Shown here in pieces: positions 50,650-59,053 of a stretch of DNA of 64,000 nt (its first letter is position 1; every line of letters starts with the position of its first letter). The stretch lies in the IMG/VR virus record IMGVR_UViG_3300031813_000003, positions 1 through 64,000 of that record. One strand, written 5' to 3'. The translations under genes were made by a program, and so were the position numbers. Below the pieces are notes generated by a model. It saw only the letters and a list, made by a program, of their open reading frames with translations. It did not search any database and was not told the DNA's origin. This DNA comes from a virus (Duplodnaviria > Caudoviricetes).

Positions 50650-50796
50650 ATGATTCATACAATGAAGAAAGAGGGTGGATATGATATAGATGAAATTTAT
50701 AAAATGTATCCCTTTGAGATGGATATATTCCATTCATTATGTATCAAAGATATAAAAGATAGAATAGAAGCTAAAAAAGCAGCAGCAAGAGGATAA
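50650..50796 (+). CDS. gp51: Baseplate hub assembly catalyst, gp51-like (not in track)
   Basis: Y.IDEI..M.PFE.DI motif; frame open back to 50602. Confidence 0.7.
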   Translation: MIHTMKKEGGYDIDEIYKMYPFEMDIFHSLCIKDIKDRIEAKKAAARG

Positions 50797-50798
50797 CA

Positions 50799-53486
50799 AT
50801 GGCTATTAAAACACCGGCAGAAAAATATAAGCAATTAGTCAAGATATTCATAAGAAGAATGTCTAAAGACGTTGATAACATTAAACACAGTGTTGCTGGT
50901 GTATATGCTAGGTCTGCTATATCTATTCTCATGGCATCTGATTTAGAAACAATCAAAGACACAAAGAAAAATATGGACCTGATAGTTTCTGAGTACAAAA
51001 GATATAAATCTTCTGAAGTAACATCAACTAAAGATATTGTTAATAACTCAAAATATCTAAATCAAGAATATAAAAGAATAAATCTTGAGCTATCTGCTAC
51101 TAAAGCTAAAAGAAGAAAAATAAGATTGAAAGCTGAACTAGCTGATATAAAACAAAAGAGAATTGATAATGTAAATTCAATAAGGGATATTAAAAATAAA
51201 TTTAAAATATCAGATGATATTATCAATAAAGTATCAGGATTTTTAAAATCACAAAATGGTGTTAAGATAAATGATAATTATATTAGACTAACTGATATTC
51301 AAAATATTGACTCTGTATCAAGAAGAAAAGATTTACTAAAAAAAGGAGCTTTGGGTGGATTAGCAGCATTAACAAAAAGCTCTATTCCTTTGTTAATACC
51401 AAGAGGAATTAAAGGTATTAAAGAAGGATGGAAAAATTTTAATAACAATAGTAAATCAGGGAAAGCATCTTTACTCGGTGCTGGTTTATTAGGAGGACTA
51501 GGAATTTTAGCAGGAAGCCCTGCTGCTATGATGGGGGCTGCATATCTAAAAGGTAAATCAAATGAGCATCTTCAAAAGAAAAATGATTTTTCTGAACAGA
51601 TAAAAAGAATAAATTCTAACATTTTAAGGGAACAGTTAAATCACAAACGTGATCCTTCAAGGACTGCTAGTAAAACAAATTCATTTGAAGAAGCTTTAAT
51701 TCAATCTCTTGAGAAATCACATCCAGGGATCAGAAAAGAATTACGTCCAGCACTTCGTGGTCATAAACATGGAGGAACATTTCAAACAATTGGGCCTACT
51801 AGAATAGGAAATCATGATATAGCTGGAGAAGCAGGACCAGAAACTATAAAGATTATACCAAAAGGAAAAGACCCTGTAGTTACTAGCATTGAGAAGACAA
51901 ATAGTATTCTTAATGATATGAGACATTCACAAGAAGAATCAGCTATTAAGGTAGGTCTTGCTAATAAAGATAAAAACGAAAAGTTAGATGTAAAAGCTAC
52001 ATCAAATGTTTTTGGTTCTGCTATCACTAAAAATACAAAAGGCGAGACTGGTCTTTTAACTACACTTCTTGAAGCTGAATTTTTAACACCAATATTGGCA
52101 CCGTTAATTACTAGTGTAGCAAATGTAGCAAAACCATTATTATTAAAAAGTGTTAGTATGGCAGGGCGAGGATTACTTAGAGGAGCAGGTATTGGTGCTG
52201 CTGGATCAGCCGCTTATTTTGGAGTTACTGATGCTATTAAAGCGGTTAAAACAGGTAAATCAACATCAAATGATTATGCTAGAAAATTAGGATTTGTTAA
52301 ATCTAAAGAAGATATTGATAGTGGTACTGATTCAAGATCAAAATGGAATCCTTTATCCTGGGCTGGAAGAGGTATAGATACTTTGGCGGAAGGTGCTGCT
52401 AAATTATCTGTTATTATCACTGAAGATAAATCAAAAACAACTGCTGATTTATTAACAAAGGCTGATGAAAATAAAACTCTAATGGAGAAGATGAATTCCA
52501 TTTGGAGTGATCCAAGCAAATCACCACTTCAAAAATTAGGTGGAATGTTTTCATCAACAATGAATTCTATTGGTAGTGGAATTAAAAATATATTTCCACA
52601 TAAACCAGCAGAATTTGATGTATCAAAACTAAAGAATGGTGTAGGTTCTGTTGCGGAAAAATATGAATCAGGTGGAAGAGGAGCAGGAACTATATCATCA
52701 GGGTCAGGAGATTTTGGAGGTAAGTCATATGGAACTTTTCAATTATCATCAAAATCAGGAACTCTAAATTCATTTTTAAAACAATCACCATATGCTAAAG
52801 AATTTAATGGACTTCAGCCAGGATCAACTGAATTTGATTCTAAATGGAAAGATTTAGCTAAGAATGATCCTGGATTTGGCAAAGCTCAACACGATTATAT
52901 AGCACAAACTCATGCTGCGCCACAGATGGATAAGTTAAAAAAATTAGGTTTAGATACTAATAGTAAAGCATTACAAGAAATGGCTTTCTCTACTGGAACT
53001 CAATATGGTCCTGATTCTAACATTATTGAAGAAGCTATCAAAGCATCAGGGAAAGACCCATCCAAACTATCAACTAAAGAAGTTATTGATATAGTTCAGG
53101 ATTACAAAGCATCTACTGTTGGTAGTAAGTTTAAATCATCTAGCCCTAGTGTTCAAGCAGGAGTTGCACGTAGACATGGTGTTGATGAAAAATCTGACTT
53201 AATGCAGATAGCAGATTATGAAGCTAAAGTTAAACCAAAAAATGTACAAGAAGGATCAATTAAAAATATTAAAGGTAATGCTACTAATGGATCAGAAGGT
53301 AGTAATCTTACAAACAAAGAGACTGCAACTGATGCTTTTGCTAATGCTAATGCAGCTAAAGGAACTCAGGCAGCTATAAATAATACCGTTCTAGGAGGGT
53401 CAACACCCACTCCTCCATCACCAACACCTAATATTTTTACAGGAGATCAAATAAGTTATGCTACTAGATTAGCAAAATCTTATTAA
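50799..53486 (+). CDS. Tape-measure-like tail protein with C-terminal lysozyme-like domain
   Basis: Helical/Gly-Ala-rich body, GEAGPE; KYESGG.G.G.ISSG.GD.GGKSYG.FQL. Confidence 0.7.
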   Translation: MAIKTPAEKYKQLVKIFIRRMSKDVDNIKHSVAGVYARSAISILMASDLETIKDTKKNMDLIVSEYKRYKSSEVTSTKDIVNNSKYLNQEYKRINLELSATKAKRRKIRLKAELADIKQKRIDNVNSIRDIKNKFKISDDIINKVSGFLKSQNGVKINDNYIRLTDIQNIDSVSRRKDLLKKGALGGLAALTKSSIPLLIPRGIKGIKEGWKNFNNNSKSGKASLLGAGLLGGLGILAGSPAAMMGAAYLKGKSNEHLQKKNDFSEQIKRINSNILREQLNHKRDPSRTASKTNSFEEALIQSLEKSHPGIRKELRPALRGHKHGGTFQTIGPTRIGNHDIAGEAGPETIKIIPKGKDPVVTSIEKTNSILNDMRHSQEESAIKVGLANKDKNEKLDVKATSNVFGSAITKNTKGETGLLTTLLEAEFLTPILAPLITSVANVAKPLLLKSVSMAGRGLLRGAGIGAAGSAAYFGVTDAIKAVKTGKSTSNDYARKLGFVKSKEDIDSGTDSRSKWNPLSWAGRGIDTLAEGAAKLSVIITEDKSKTTADLLTKADENKTLMEKMNSIWSDPSKSPLQKLGGMFSSTMNSIGSGIKNIFPHKPAEFDVSKLKNGVGSVAEKYESGGRGAGTISSGSGDFGGKSYGTFQLSSKSGTLNSFLKQSPYAKEFNGLQPGSTEFDSKWKDLAKNDPGFGKAQHDYIAQTHAAPQMDKLKKLGLDTNSKALQEMAFSTGTQYGPDSNIIEEAIKASGKDPSKLSTKEVIDIVQDYKASTVGSKFKSSSPSVQAGVARRHGVDEKSDLMQIADYEAKVKPKNVQEGSIKNIKGNATNGSEGSNLTNKETATDAFANANAAKGTQAAINNTVLGGSTPTPPSPTPNIFTGDQISYATRLAKSY

Positions 53487-53495
53487 GATATAATT

Positions 53496-54200
53496 ATGGG
53501 TATACTTCAATTTCCATCAAAATTTGCTAATAATATGCCTTGGGTACATTTGCAAGCATTTACATATGCATTCCCAACTCCTGATACTACTATTTTAAGT
53601 AAGATAAATCCTAAAACAGCAACAGGGGATATTATTGCTCTATATATGCCTGGGGAATTTACTGAATCTGCTGAAGCTTCCTGGGGATTAGAAGAAACAA
53701 TGAGATCAAGTGGGAATTGGGGAGCATGGGCAACAGCAAATGCAGCTGCTGCTCTTGATGCTACCGGTGCTGGTGCTAAAGTACTTGCTACAGCAAAAGC
53801 AACTGCAGGTAGATTGCCATTTCCAACAGATGTTGCAATATTTCAGTATATAAGTCCTTTAAGTTTTTCTTTGAACTTTAATATGATTCCTTTTGATAAA
53901 GAAGAAGGTGATGCTATTGTATCTATATGTCAAACATTTAAGAAATTACAAGCACCTAAAGTAGATGGTTCACTTGAGAATGTTTTATTAAAATTTCCAG
54001 CAATATGGGATATACAATTTGTTGGTATTAATGGTGTAGCATATAATATAGATAGCAAATATGAAAATATGGCATTAACTCATTGCTCAGTATCTTATAT
54101 ATCAGGGACTGAAGGTGCATCAGTGTATGCAGATAAAAATCCTACCCAGGTTAAGTTAAGTTTAACTTTTCAAGGTATACAAAAATTCTTTTTACAGTAA
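53496..54200 (+). CDS. gp48: Baseplate tail-tube cap
   Basis: IALYMP, FSLNF.M.P....E...I..I...FK, L..C.VSY, P.Q..L.L.F. Confidence 0.75.
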   Translation: MGILQFPSKFANNMPWVHLQAFTYAFPTPDTTILSKINPKTATGDIIALYMPGEFTESAEASWGLEETMRSSGNWGAWATANAAAALDATGAGAKVLATAKATAGRLPFPTDVAIFQYISPLSFSLNFNMIPFDKEEGDAIVSICQTFKKLQAPKVDGSLENVLLKFPAIWDIQFVGINGVAYNIDSKYENMALTHCSVSYISGTEGASVYADKNPTQVKLSLTFQGIQKFFLQ

Positions 54201-54212
54201 TAGGATCATATC

Positions 54213-54716
54213 ATGGCAGATTTTTCTTATTTTGATCAGTTCCCTGATATGGAGATTGATTTAACAGCGTATTTACAATCAATAACTTTATCAGGGTCTG
54301 TATATACATTTAGTAACTTACAACCAGTTGTTACAACTATTAGTAATATGTTCACAAAATTGGATATAGTATTTGACTATCAAAAGAATGTTGACCTTAT
54401 TCTTAACTATCAGATAGCTGATGATGAATTTATTGAGACTGTATCTTATAATACATATGGATCAACTGATTATTGGTGGATAATAGCATTATTCAATAAC
54501 ATTAAAGAACCATTTAATGATTGGCCGTTATCACATTCAGAAGTAGTACAAGTTGCAACAAATATGTTTAACAACGAAAGAAAATATAGTTATAATACTT
54601 ATCTTGATTTAGTATCAGCAAACAATGAATTAAAAAGAAATATTATACTTCCAAAAAATGATGTTGTTAGTGATATCATTTGGGATTATCGTCAAGCTAT
54701 TCTAGGTAACCAATGA
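54213..54716 (+). CDS. gp53: Baseplate wedge protein
   Basis: YF..FP, E.VSY..YGS.DYWWII...N.I..PF.DWP. Confidence 0.85.
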   Translation: MADFSYFDQFPDMEIDLTAYLQSITLSGSVYTFSNLQPVVTTISNMFTKLDIVFDYQKNVDLILNYQIADDEFIETVSYNTYGSTDYWWIIALFNNIKEPFNDWPLSHSEVVQVATNMFNNERKYSYNTYLDLVSANNELKRNIILPKNDVVSDIIWDYRQAILGNQ

Positions 54717-55960
54717 GCAATAATAAAACAGTTGAAATAGTCAAAATTAGAAAAGTTACAATCAAAGGATATAAGATTGAAACTTCCTTTATTACAAATA
54801 TAGAAATATACGAGTCAATAACTCAACCTGGGATAACAGGATTTATTGATATCAAAGACTATCAAGCTTTACAGGAAGTAGGAAATATTTTTGCTGATGA
54901 TGATATCATTATCACTATTGGAGTTGATGGTGATGAAACTAATGAGTTAAATCTAAAATTTAAAATATTCACAAATGAAGGGTCAAGACAATTAGCACTA
55001 AACACATATGACTTTTTAAGATTAGGATTTTGTTCCCCCTGGTTGATTGATGGTCTAACTGTATTAATGTCTAAACCATATGAGAATAAATTTGTATCAG
55101 AAATCGTCCAAGATTTGCTTGTATCCTGTGGTGCAACTATAGGGTATATAGAACCTACCAAAACTAAATTGGAGAACTTTGTAAGCCCTCTATGGACTCC
55201 ATATCATACAATAAAACATCTACTAGGATACGCAATCAACAATTCTAAAGTTGGAGGGTATCTTTGTTGGACTGATTTAAAAACTGGAAAGGTAAATGTA
55301 ACTACATTAGATTATATGTTAAAAGGTACGTTAGGTAAGTATGTTGATCCTTATGGATTCCAAGTTAACCCAGGAAATATGAGATATAGTGGTAGAGTTA
55401 AAAGTATGTCTATTGAAAATTCATATGACACAATTCGTATGATCAATACTGGTATACCAACAACCAAGTATTATGCTTTTAATTATGATACTTCTAAAGT
55501 CATATCATCTAAAAACACAATGAGTGATGATAAACAAACTAGATTAGGGGCAAAATTTCCTATAACATCAAAATATAAAGATAAAAAATATATAACCACA
55601 AAATTTACTTCTCTTTTTCCTGAAACTGCCGAATCGATAGCATCAGATGATACAAAACTTACTGATTTAATTGAAGGTATTGAAAGTAATAAATATTCAA
55701 TGTTAATGACAGATGCTATTAAGATCAATATTGAATCCCTAGGTGAAACAAATAGAAGAGTTGGATGGTTAGCTCAATTATCATATCCTTCTGTTGGTGT
55801 TAATTCAGGGGATAAATCAGGAAACAAACAGTTAAAAGGATTATATCTTATAAGAGAAATAAAACATACATTCTCTTTATATAATGATTATAATCAATAC
55901 ATCACTTTGGTATCTGATGGTTATAAAGATTCACCTCTAGACCTCATACCATTAAAATAA
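54713..55960 (+). CDS. Baseplate hub/tail protein (gp27-like)
   Basis: IEIYESI, P.WTP...I, G.YLI..IKH; position. Confidence 0.6.
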   Translation: MSNNKTVEIVKIRKVTIKGYKIETSFITNIEIYESITQPGITGFIDIKDYQALQEVGNIFADDDIIITIGVDGDETNELNLKFKIFTNEGSRQLALNTYDFLRLGFCSPWLIDGLTVLMSKPYENKFVSEIVQDLLVSCGATIGYIEPTKTKLENFVSPLWTPYHTIKHLLGYAINNSKVGGYLCWTDLKTGKVNVTTLDYMLKGTLGKYVDPYGFQVNPGNMRYSGRVKSMSIENSYDTIRMINTGIPTTKYYAFNYDTSKVISSKNTMSDDKQTRLGAKFPITSKYKDKKYITTKFTSLFPETAESIASDDTKLTDLIEGIESNKYSMLMTDAIKINIESLGETNRRVGWLAQLSYPSVGVNSGDKSGNKQLKGLYLIREIKHTFSLYNDYNQYITLVSDGYKDSPLDLIPLK

Positions 55961-55970
55961 GGAAATATTA

Positions 55971-56264
55971 ATGCAAGGGCATGAACTTGGTTTAAATACA
56001 GAAACTTCACTAGATGGAATTTTTATTGCCCAAGTGATAGATAATAATGATCCTAAAGCACTAGAGCGTGTTAGGGTAAGGGTAATCGGTGTTCACAATA
56101 TGGAGAATGAAGATATTAAAAATTCTGTATGGTCAAATCATATAGCCGCATCCAAAAGTAACTCAGGTGAAATTCCTGATGTAAATGATTTTCTTTATGT
56201 TACTTTTATTCAGGGTAATCCTGGGCATTGCTGTTGGTTAGGATGGTGTAGGAGTATTAAATAA
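55971..56264 (+). CDS. gp5: gp5 N-terminal OB-fold domain
   Basis: V.DNNDP..L.RVRVRV.GVH, P.V.D...V.F..G. Confidence 0.8.
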   Translation: MQGHELGLNTETSLDGIFIAQVIDNNDPKALERVRVRVIGVHNMENEDIKNSVWSNHIAASKSNSGEIPDVNDFLYVTFIQGNPGHCCWLGWCRSIK

Positions 56265-57193
56265 TGGCAGATACATTTTATGATAGAATACCTGGGCAAT
56301 CATCAACATCTAAGTATATTCAGGTAAACAAAACTAACACTGATGGTTCATATAAAACAGATAATTCTGTTCTTTCAGGAACACCTTCAGATAAAATAAT
56401 CACACCAAATCTAAAATCAGATACACAAACTACAGTATCATTTGTAACAAATCCATTAGCTAAACTATTGGGATTTGTTTCTTCTTTGATACCTTCAAAA
56501 AATAGTACTAAAGTTTCTGAACCTGCTCCAACAGATAACAAAGCACAATATGGAAAAATTCAAGTAAAAGAAAGTAAAGCAGGATTTGTTACTATTACAG
56601 ATGATACTCCTGGGAATGTAAGATATATAAATCTTCATCCTAGTGGTACATATAATTCAATGTTAAATAATGGCGATTATCAAACAAAGACAACTGGTGA
56701 TAAACAGGAGATTACTGATGGTAATTGGAATATAATTACCAGTAAAGACAAAGTTGAAATTGTGGTAGGGGAATCTAAAATTGAAATACGAAAAAACTTA
56801 CAATCAAACATTAATGGTGATTCTAACTTTAATACCAATGGAGTACAAAACTCTGTTGTATATGGTGATGTATCCAACGATTACAAGAGTTCATATAATG
56901 GAAAGATTTCAAATGACTACAATGAAAGTGTTGGAGGCAACAAAACTGAAAAAACTTCAGGGAATTTAATAGAAACTATAAATGGTAATCACAAAGAAAC
57001 TATATCAGGATCATTAACATTAACTGTAGTTGGTAATATAAACATTGTGTGCGGAGGCAACGCACATATAATGTCATCAGGGGATACAAATATTAGTTCT
57101 AATGGAAGTATTAATGTATCAAGTACTGGAATTTGTAAATTAGAATCAGCAAGTAGTGTAGTATTATCAGCACCCTCAATTCAACTAGGATAA
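56264..57193 (+). CDS. gp5: gp5 C-terminal beta-helix spike
   Basis: ES.AG....DDTPG......HPSGT; V.G repeats. Confidence 0.8.
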   Translation: MADTFYDRIPGQSSTSKYIQVNKTNTDGSYKTDNSVLSGTPSDKIITPNLKSDTQTTVSFVTNPLAKLLGFVSSLIPSKNSTKVSEPAPTDNKAQYGKIQVKESKAGFVTITDDTPGNVRYINLHPSGTYNSMLNNGDYQTKTTGDKQEITDGNWNIITSKDKVEIVVGESKIEIRKNLQSNINGDSNFNTNGVQNSVVYGDVSNDYKSSYNGKISNDYNESVGGNKTEKTSGNLIETINGNHKETISGSLTLTVVGNINIVCGGNAHIMSSGDTNISSNGSINVSSTGICKLESASSVVLSAPSIQLG

Positions 57194-57196
57194 AGA

Positions 57197-57982
57197 ATGA
57201 ATACAGATATTTTTAAGTCAAATATTAACATTATACCAAAAAGCTCTTCTGATATTAATATAATATTTTCTATAGCTTATTCTGAGTATCAAGCAGATGT
57301 TGTAATATTAAATACATTAAGTATTGGTAGTGTTATCCTTCAGAATGCTATATCTTCTGCTATATTAATGTTAAATGATGAAGTGTATGGGACTATTATC
57401 AAAGGATTGAGTGCTTTAAATGCAATAAAGAAACTTATACCAAATCCAGTGGTATCCAAAATGGATAAAGAAATTGGTATTGTAGGTGATATACTAGCAG
57501 CACAATGTACTGATTATATGAATTCACTTCCCGAAGAACTATTCAATATACTCCAAGATATACAATATCTACTTGAAACTGATATAACTATAAATTTAGG
57601 TGGCTTAACTGATAAGATTGTAAAAAGTATCATTGCAATGAAAAATGATGCCTTAATAGAGGTACTTGGAAGTGATACTTTTAATACTATAATTTCACCA
57701 TTAATTGTTTATAATGATTTTTTGATAGATAATGATATAATGGTATTAGTAAATAGATTAGATAGACTAGAAAGATGTATGACGAAGCCTGGGATTGCTA
57801 ATGTTCCTAAATCATATTTTATTGAACCCACAAGTAAGAAATTGTATTCTGTATATTTTAGGAATCTTTTTATGATGGATTACTCTGGAGGAATTGATAT
57901 TAGAGATTTGGGATCAACTTCAAAAAGTAAATCACAAATCTCTAATCTAATAAGTTCTCTTAACAATTTTAGATTGACTTAA
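57197..57982 (+). CDS. Hypothetical protein
   Basis: 261-aa ORF ending the tail operon. Confidence 0.65.
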   Translation: MNTDIFKSNINIIPKSSSDINIIFSIAYSEYQADVVILNTLSIGSVILQNAISSAILMLNDEVYGTIIKGLSALNAIKKLIPNPVVSKMDKEIGIVGDILAAQCTDYMNSLPEELFNILQDIQYLLETDITINLGGLTDKIVKSIIAMKNDALIEVLGSDTFNTIISPLIVYNDFLIDNDIMVLVNRLDRLERCMTKPGIANVPKSYFIEPTSKKLYSVYFRNLFMMDYSGGIDIRDLGSTSKSKSQISNLISSLNNFRLT

Positions 57983-58419
57983 CGCCCATTAATGAATTTT
58001 AGATATTCTATATAAGTTTTAACTTCCCATTTCTTTTCAGTTAGTGCGGCAATAACTGATTTTATATAGTTAACTACTTCCTGAACTGTACAGGTTAAAT
58101 TATATATATCCACATACCCAGGATCACTAGTAATGAATAGATCATATTCAGTTTTAGTAGTCAATTTCCTAGGAGATTCTATATCATAAAATTCATATAA
58201 TTCTCTATAATGTTTAATTCTCTTTGCTTCATATCCTCGCAATAGCGTATCCCATTCACATTTGATATTGATCCATTTTGAAAGACTCATGGTTATGTTG
58301 AAAGCTGAATCAAGTTTTTGTTTATCCCAAAAACAATCTGCCTTTGATTCCGCTTTCAACATATTATATCTTTCATATATAATCTCAAGTTTTGCTTTAC
58401 TATCAATCTTTTCTGCCAT
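57979..58419 (-). CDS. uvsY: Recombination mediator UvsY
   Basis: Helical protein ending WEVK..IEY.KF..G; near uvsW; AAGGAG RBS. Confidence 0.75.
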   Translation of the reverse strand: MAEKIDSKAKLEIIYERYNMLKAESKADCFWDKQKLDSAFNITMSLSKWINIKCEWDTLLRGYEAKRIKHYRELYEFYDIESPRKLTTKTEYDLFITSDPGYVDIYNLTCTVQEVVNYIKSVIAALTEKKWEVKTYIEYLKFINGR

Positions 58420-58428
58420 ATATCTCCT

Positions 58429-58650
58429 TTATCTTTTTACTTCTATTTTCTTATCAGCTGGTGCAAAAATTCCTTTTACTATTGCTCCCGCAAGGATAAC
58501 TGCTGGAATAAGTTGTGTTGCGATAATCAAACTTAAGATACCAAATGCACCATAAGTGATTAGATTCTCATTACCCTGATATTCAACAGCAAACATAACC
58601 ATAAGTGCTAAGGTTGCAATAATTCCGATTACATAAAAATTGATTTTCAT
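58429..58650 (-). CDS. Small two-TM membrane protein, probably host-derived
   Basis: FG...LII..QLIP...L......KGIF pattern. Confidence 0.65.
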   Translation of the reverse strand: MKINFYVIGIIATLALMVMFAVEYQGNENLITYGAFGILSLIIATQLIPAVILAGAIVKGIFAPADKKIEVKR

Positions 58651-58698
58651 TTTGCTACCATCCTTTTAAACTTCATTTAACTTCTATACCAAGGATGT

Positions 58699-58744
58699 AG
58701 CATTTTATATGCCAATTTATTATATATGTATTTTCAACTACTTA
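58699..58744 (-). promoter_or_regulatory. Putative sigma54 promoter with adjacent IHF-like site
   Basis: Minus strand TGGCATATAAAATGCT (58714-58699); TTTCAACTACTTA (58732-58744), one mismatch to WATCAANNNNTTR. Confidence 0.55.
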
Positions 58745-58792
58745 TACACAAAATATTTTAACTTGATGATTTGATTATACATACATGTATAT

Positions 58793-58858
58793 TTAATCCA
58801 TACATGCAATAATAACGATAACTATCATGACAAACCAAAAAAGTTTATCATCATTCAT
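58793..58858 (-). CDS. 21-aa hydrophobic micro-peptide MNDDKLFWFVMIVIVIIACMD
   Basis: GGAGG SD upstream; lies downstream of the repeat promoter. Confidence 0.5.
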   Translation of the reverse strand: MNDDKLFWFVMIVIVIIACMD

Positions 58859-58890
58859 ATTTTTACCCTCCATTATTTTTTGATTTCATG

Positions 58891-58931
58891 ATATCCATAT
58901 TTAGCTCAATTTCTCAGATAAATATGGATAT
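58891..58931. repeat. Perfect 13-bp inverted repeat with 15-nt loop
   Basis: ATATCCATATTTA...TAAATATGGATAT. Confidence 0.85.
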
Positions 58932-58957
58932 GATCCAGAGGACTCAAATACATCCAG

Positions 58958-59041
58958 GATAAATCTTACCCTGCTCCAGAGGGGCGTTTTTCATTATACA
59001 CCCGCTTTTGGGGTTTTGTCAAGTTTAATTCAAAATAAATT
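58958..59041 (-). repeat. 84-bp repeat copy 2 with sigma70 promoter facing uvsY
   Basis: Reverse complement of 1711-1794; TTGACA 59022-59017, TATAAT 58998-58993. Confidence 0.92.
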
Positions 59042-59053
59042 AAGGAACGAATC

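Noticed and set aside
14402-56877. Many minus-strand ORFs nested in structural genes
   Set aside because: Antisense shadows without RBS or recognisable motifs
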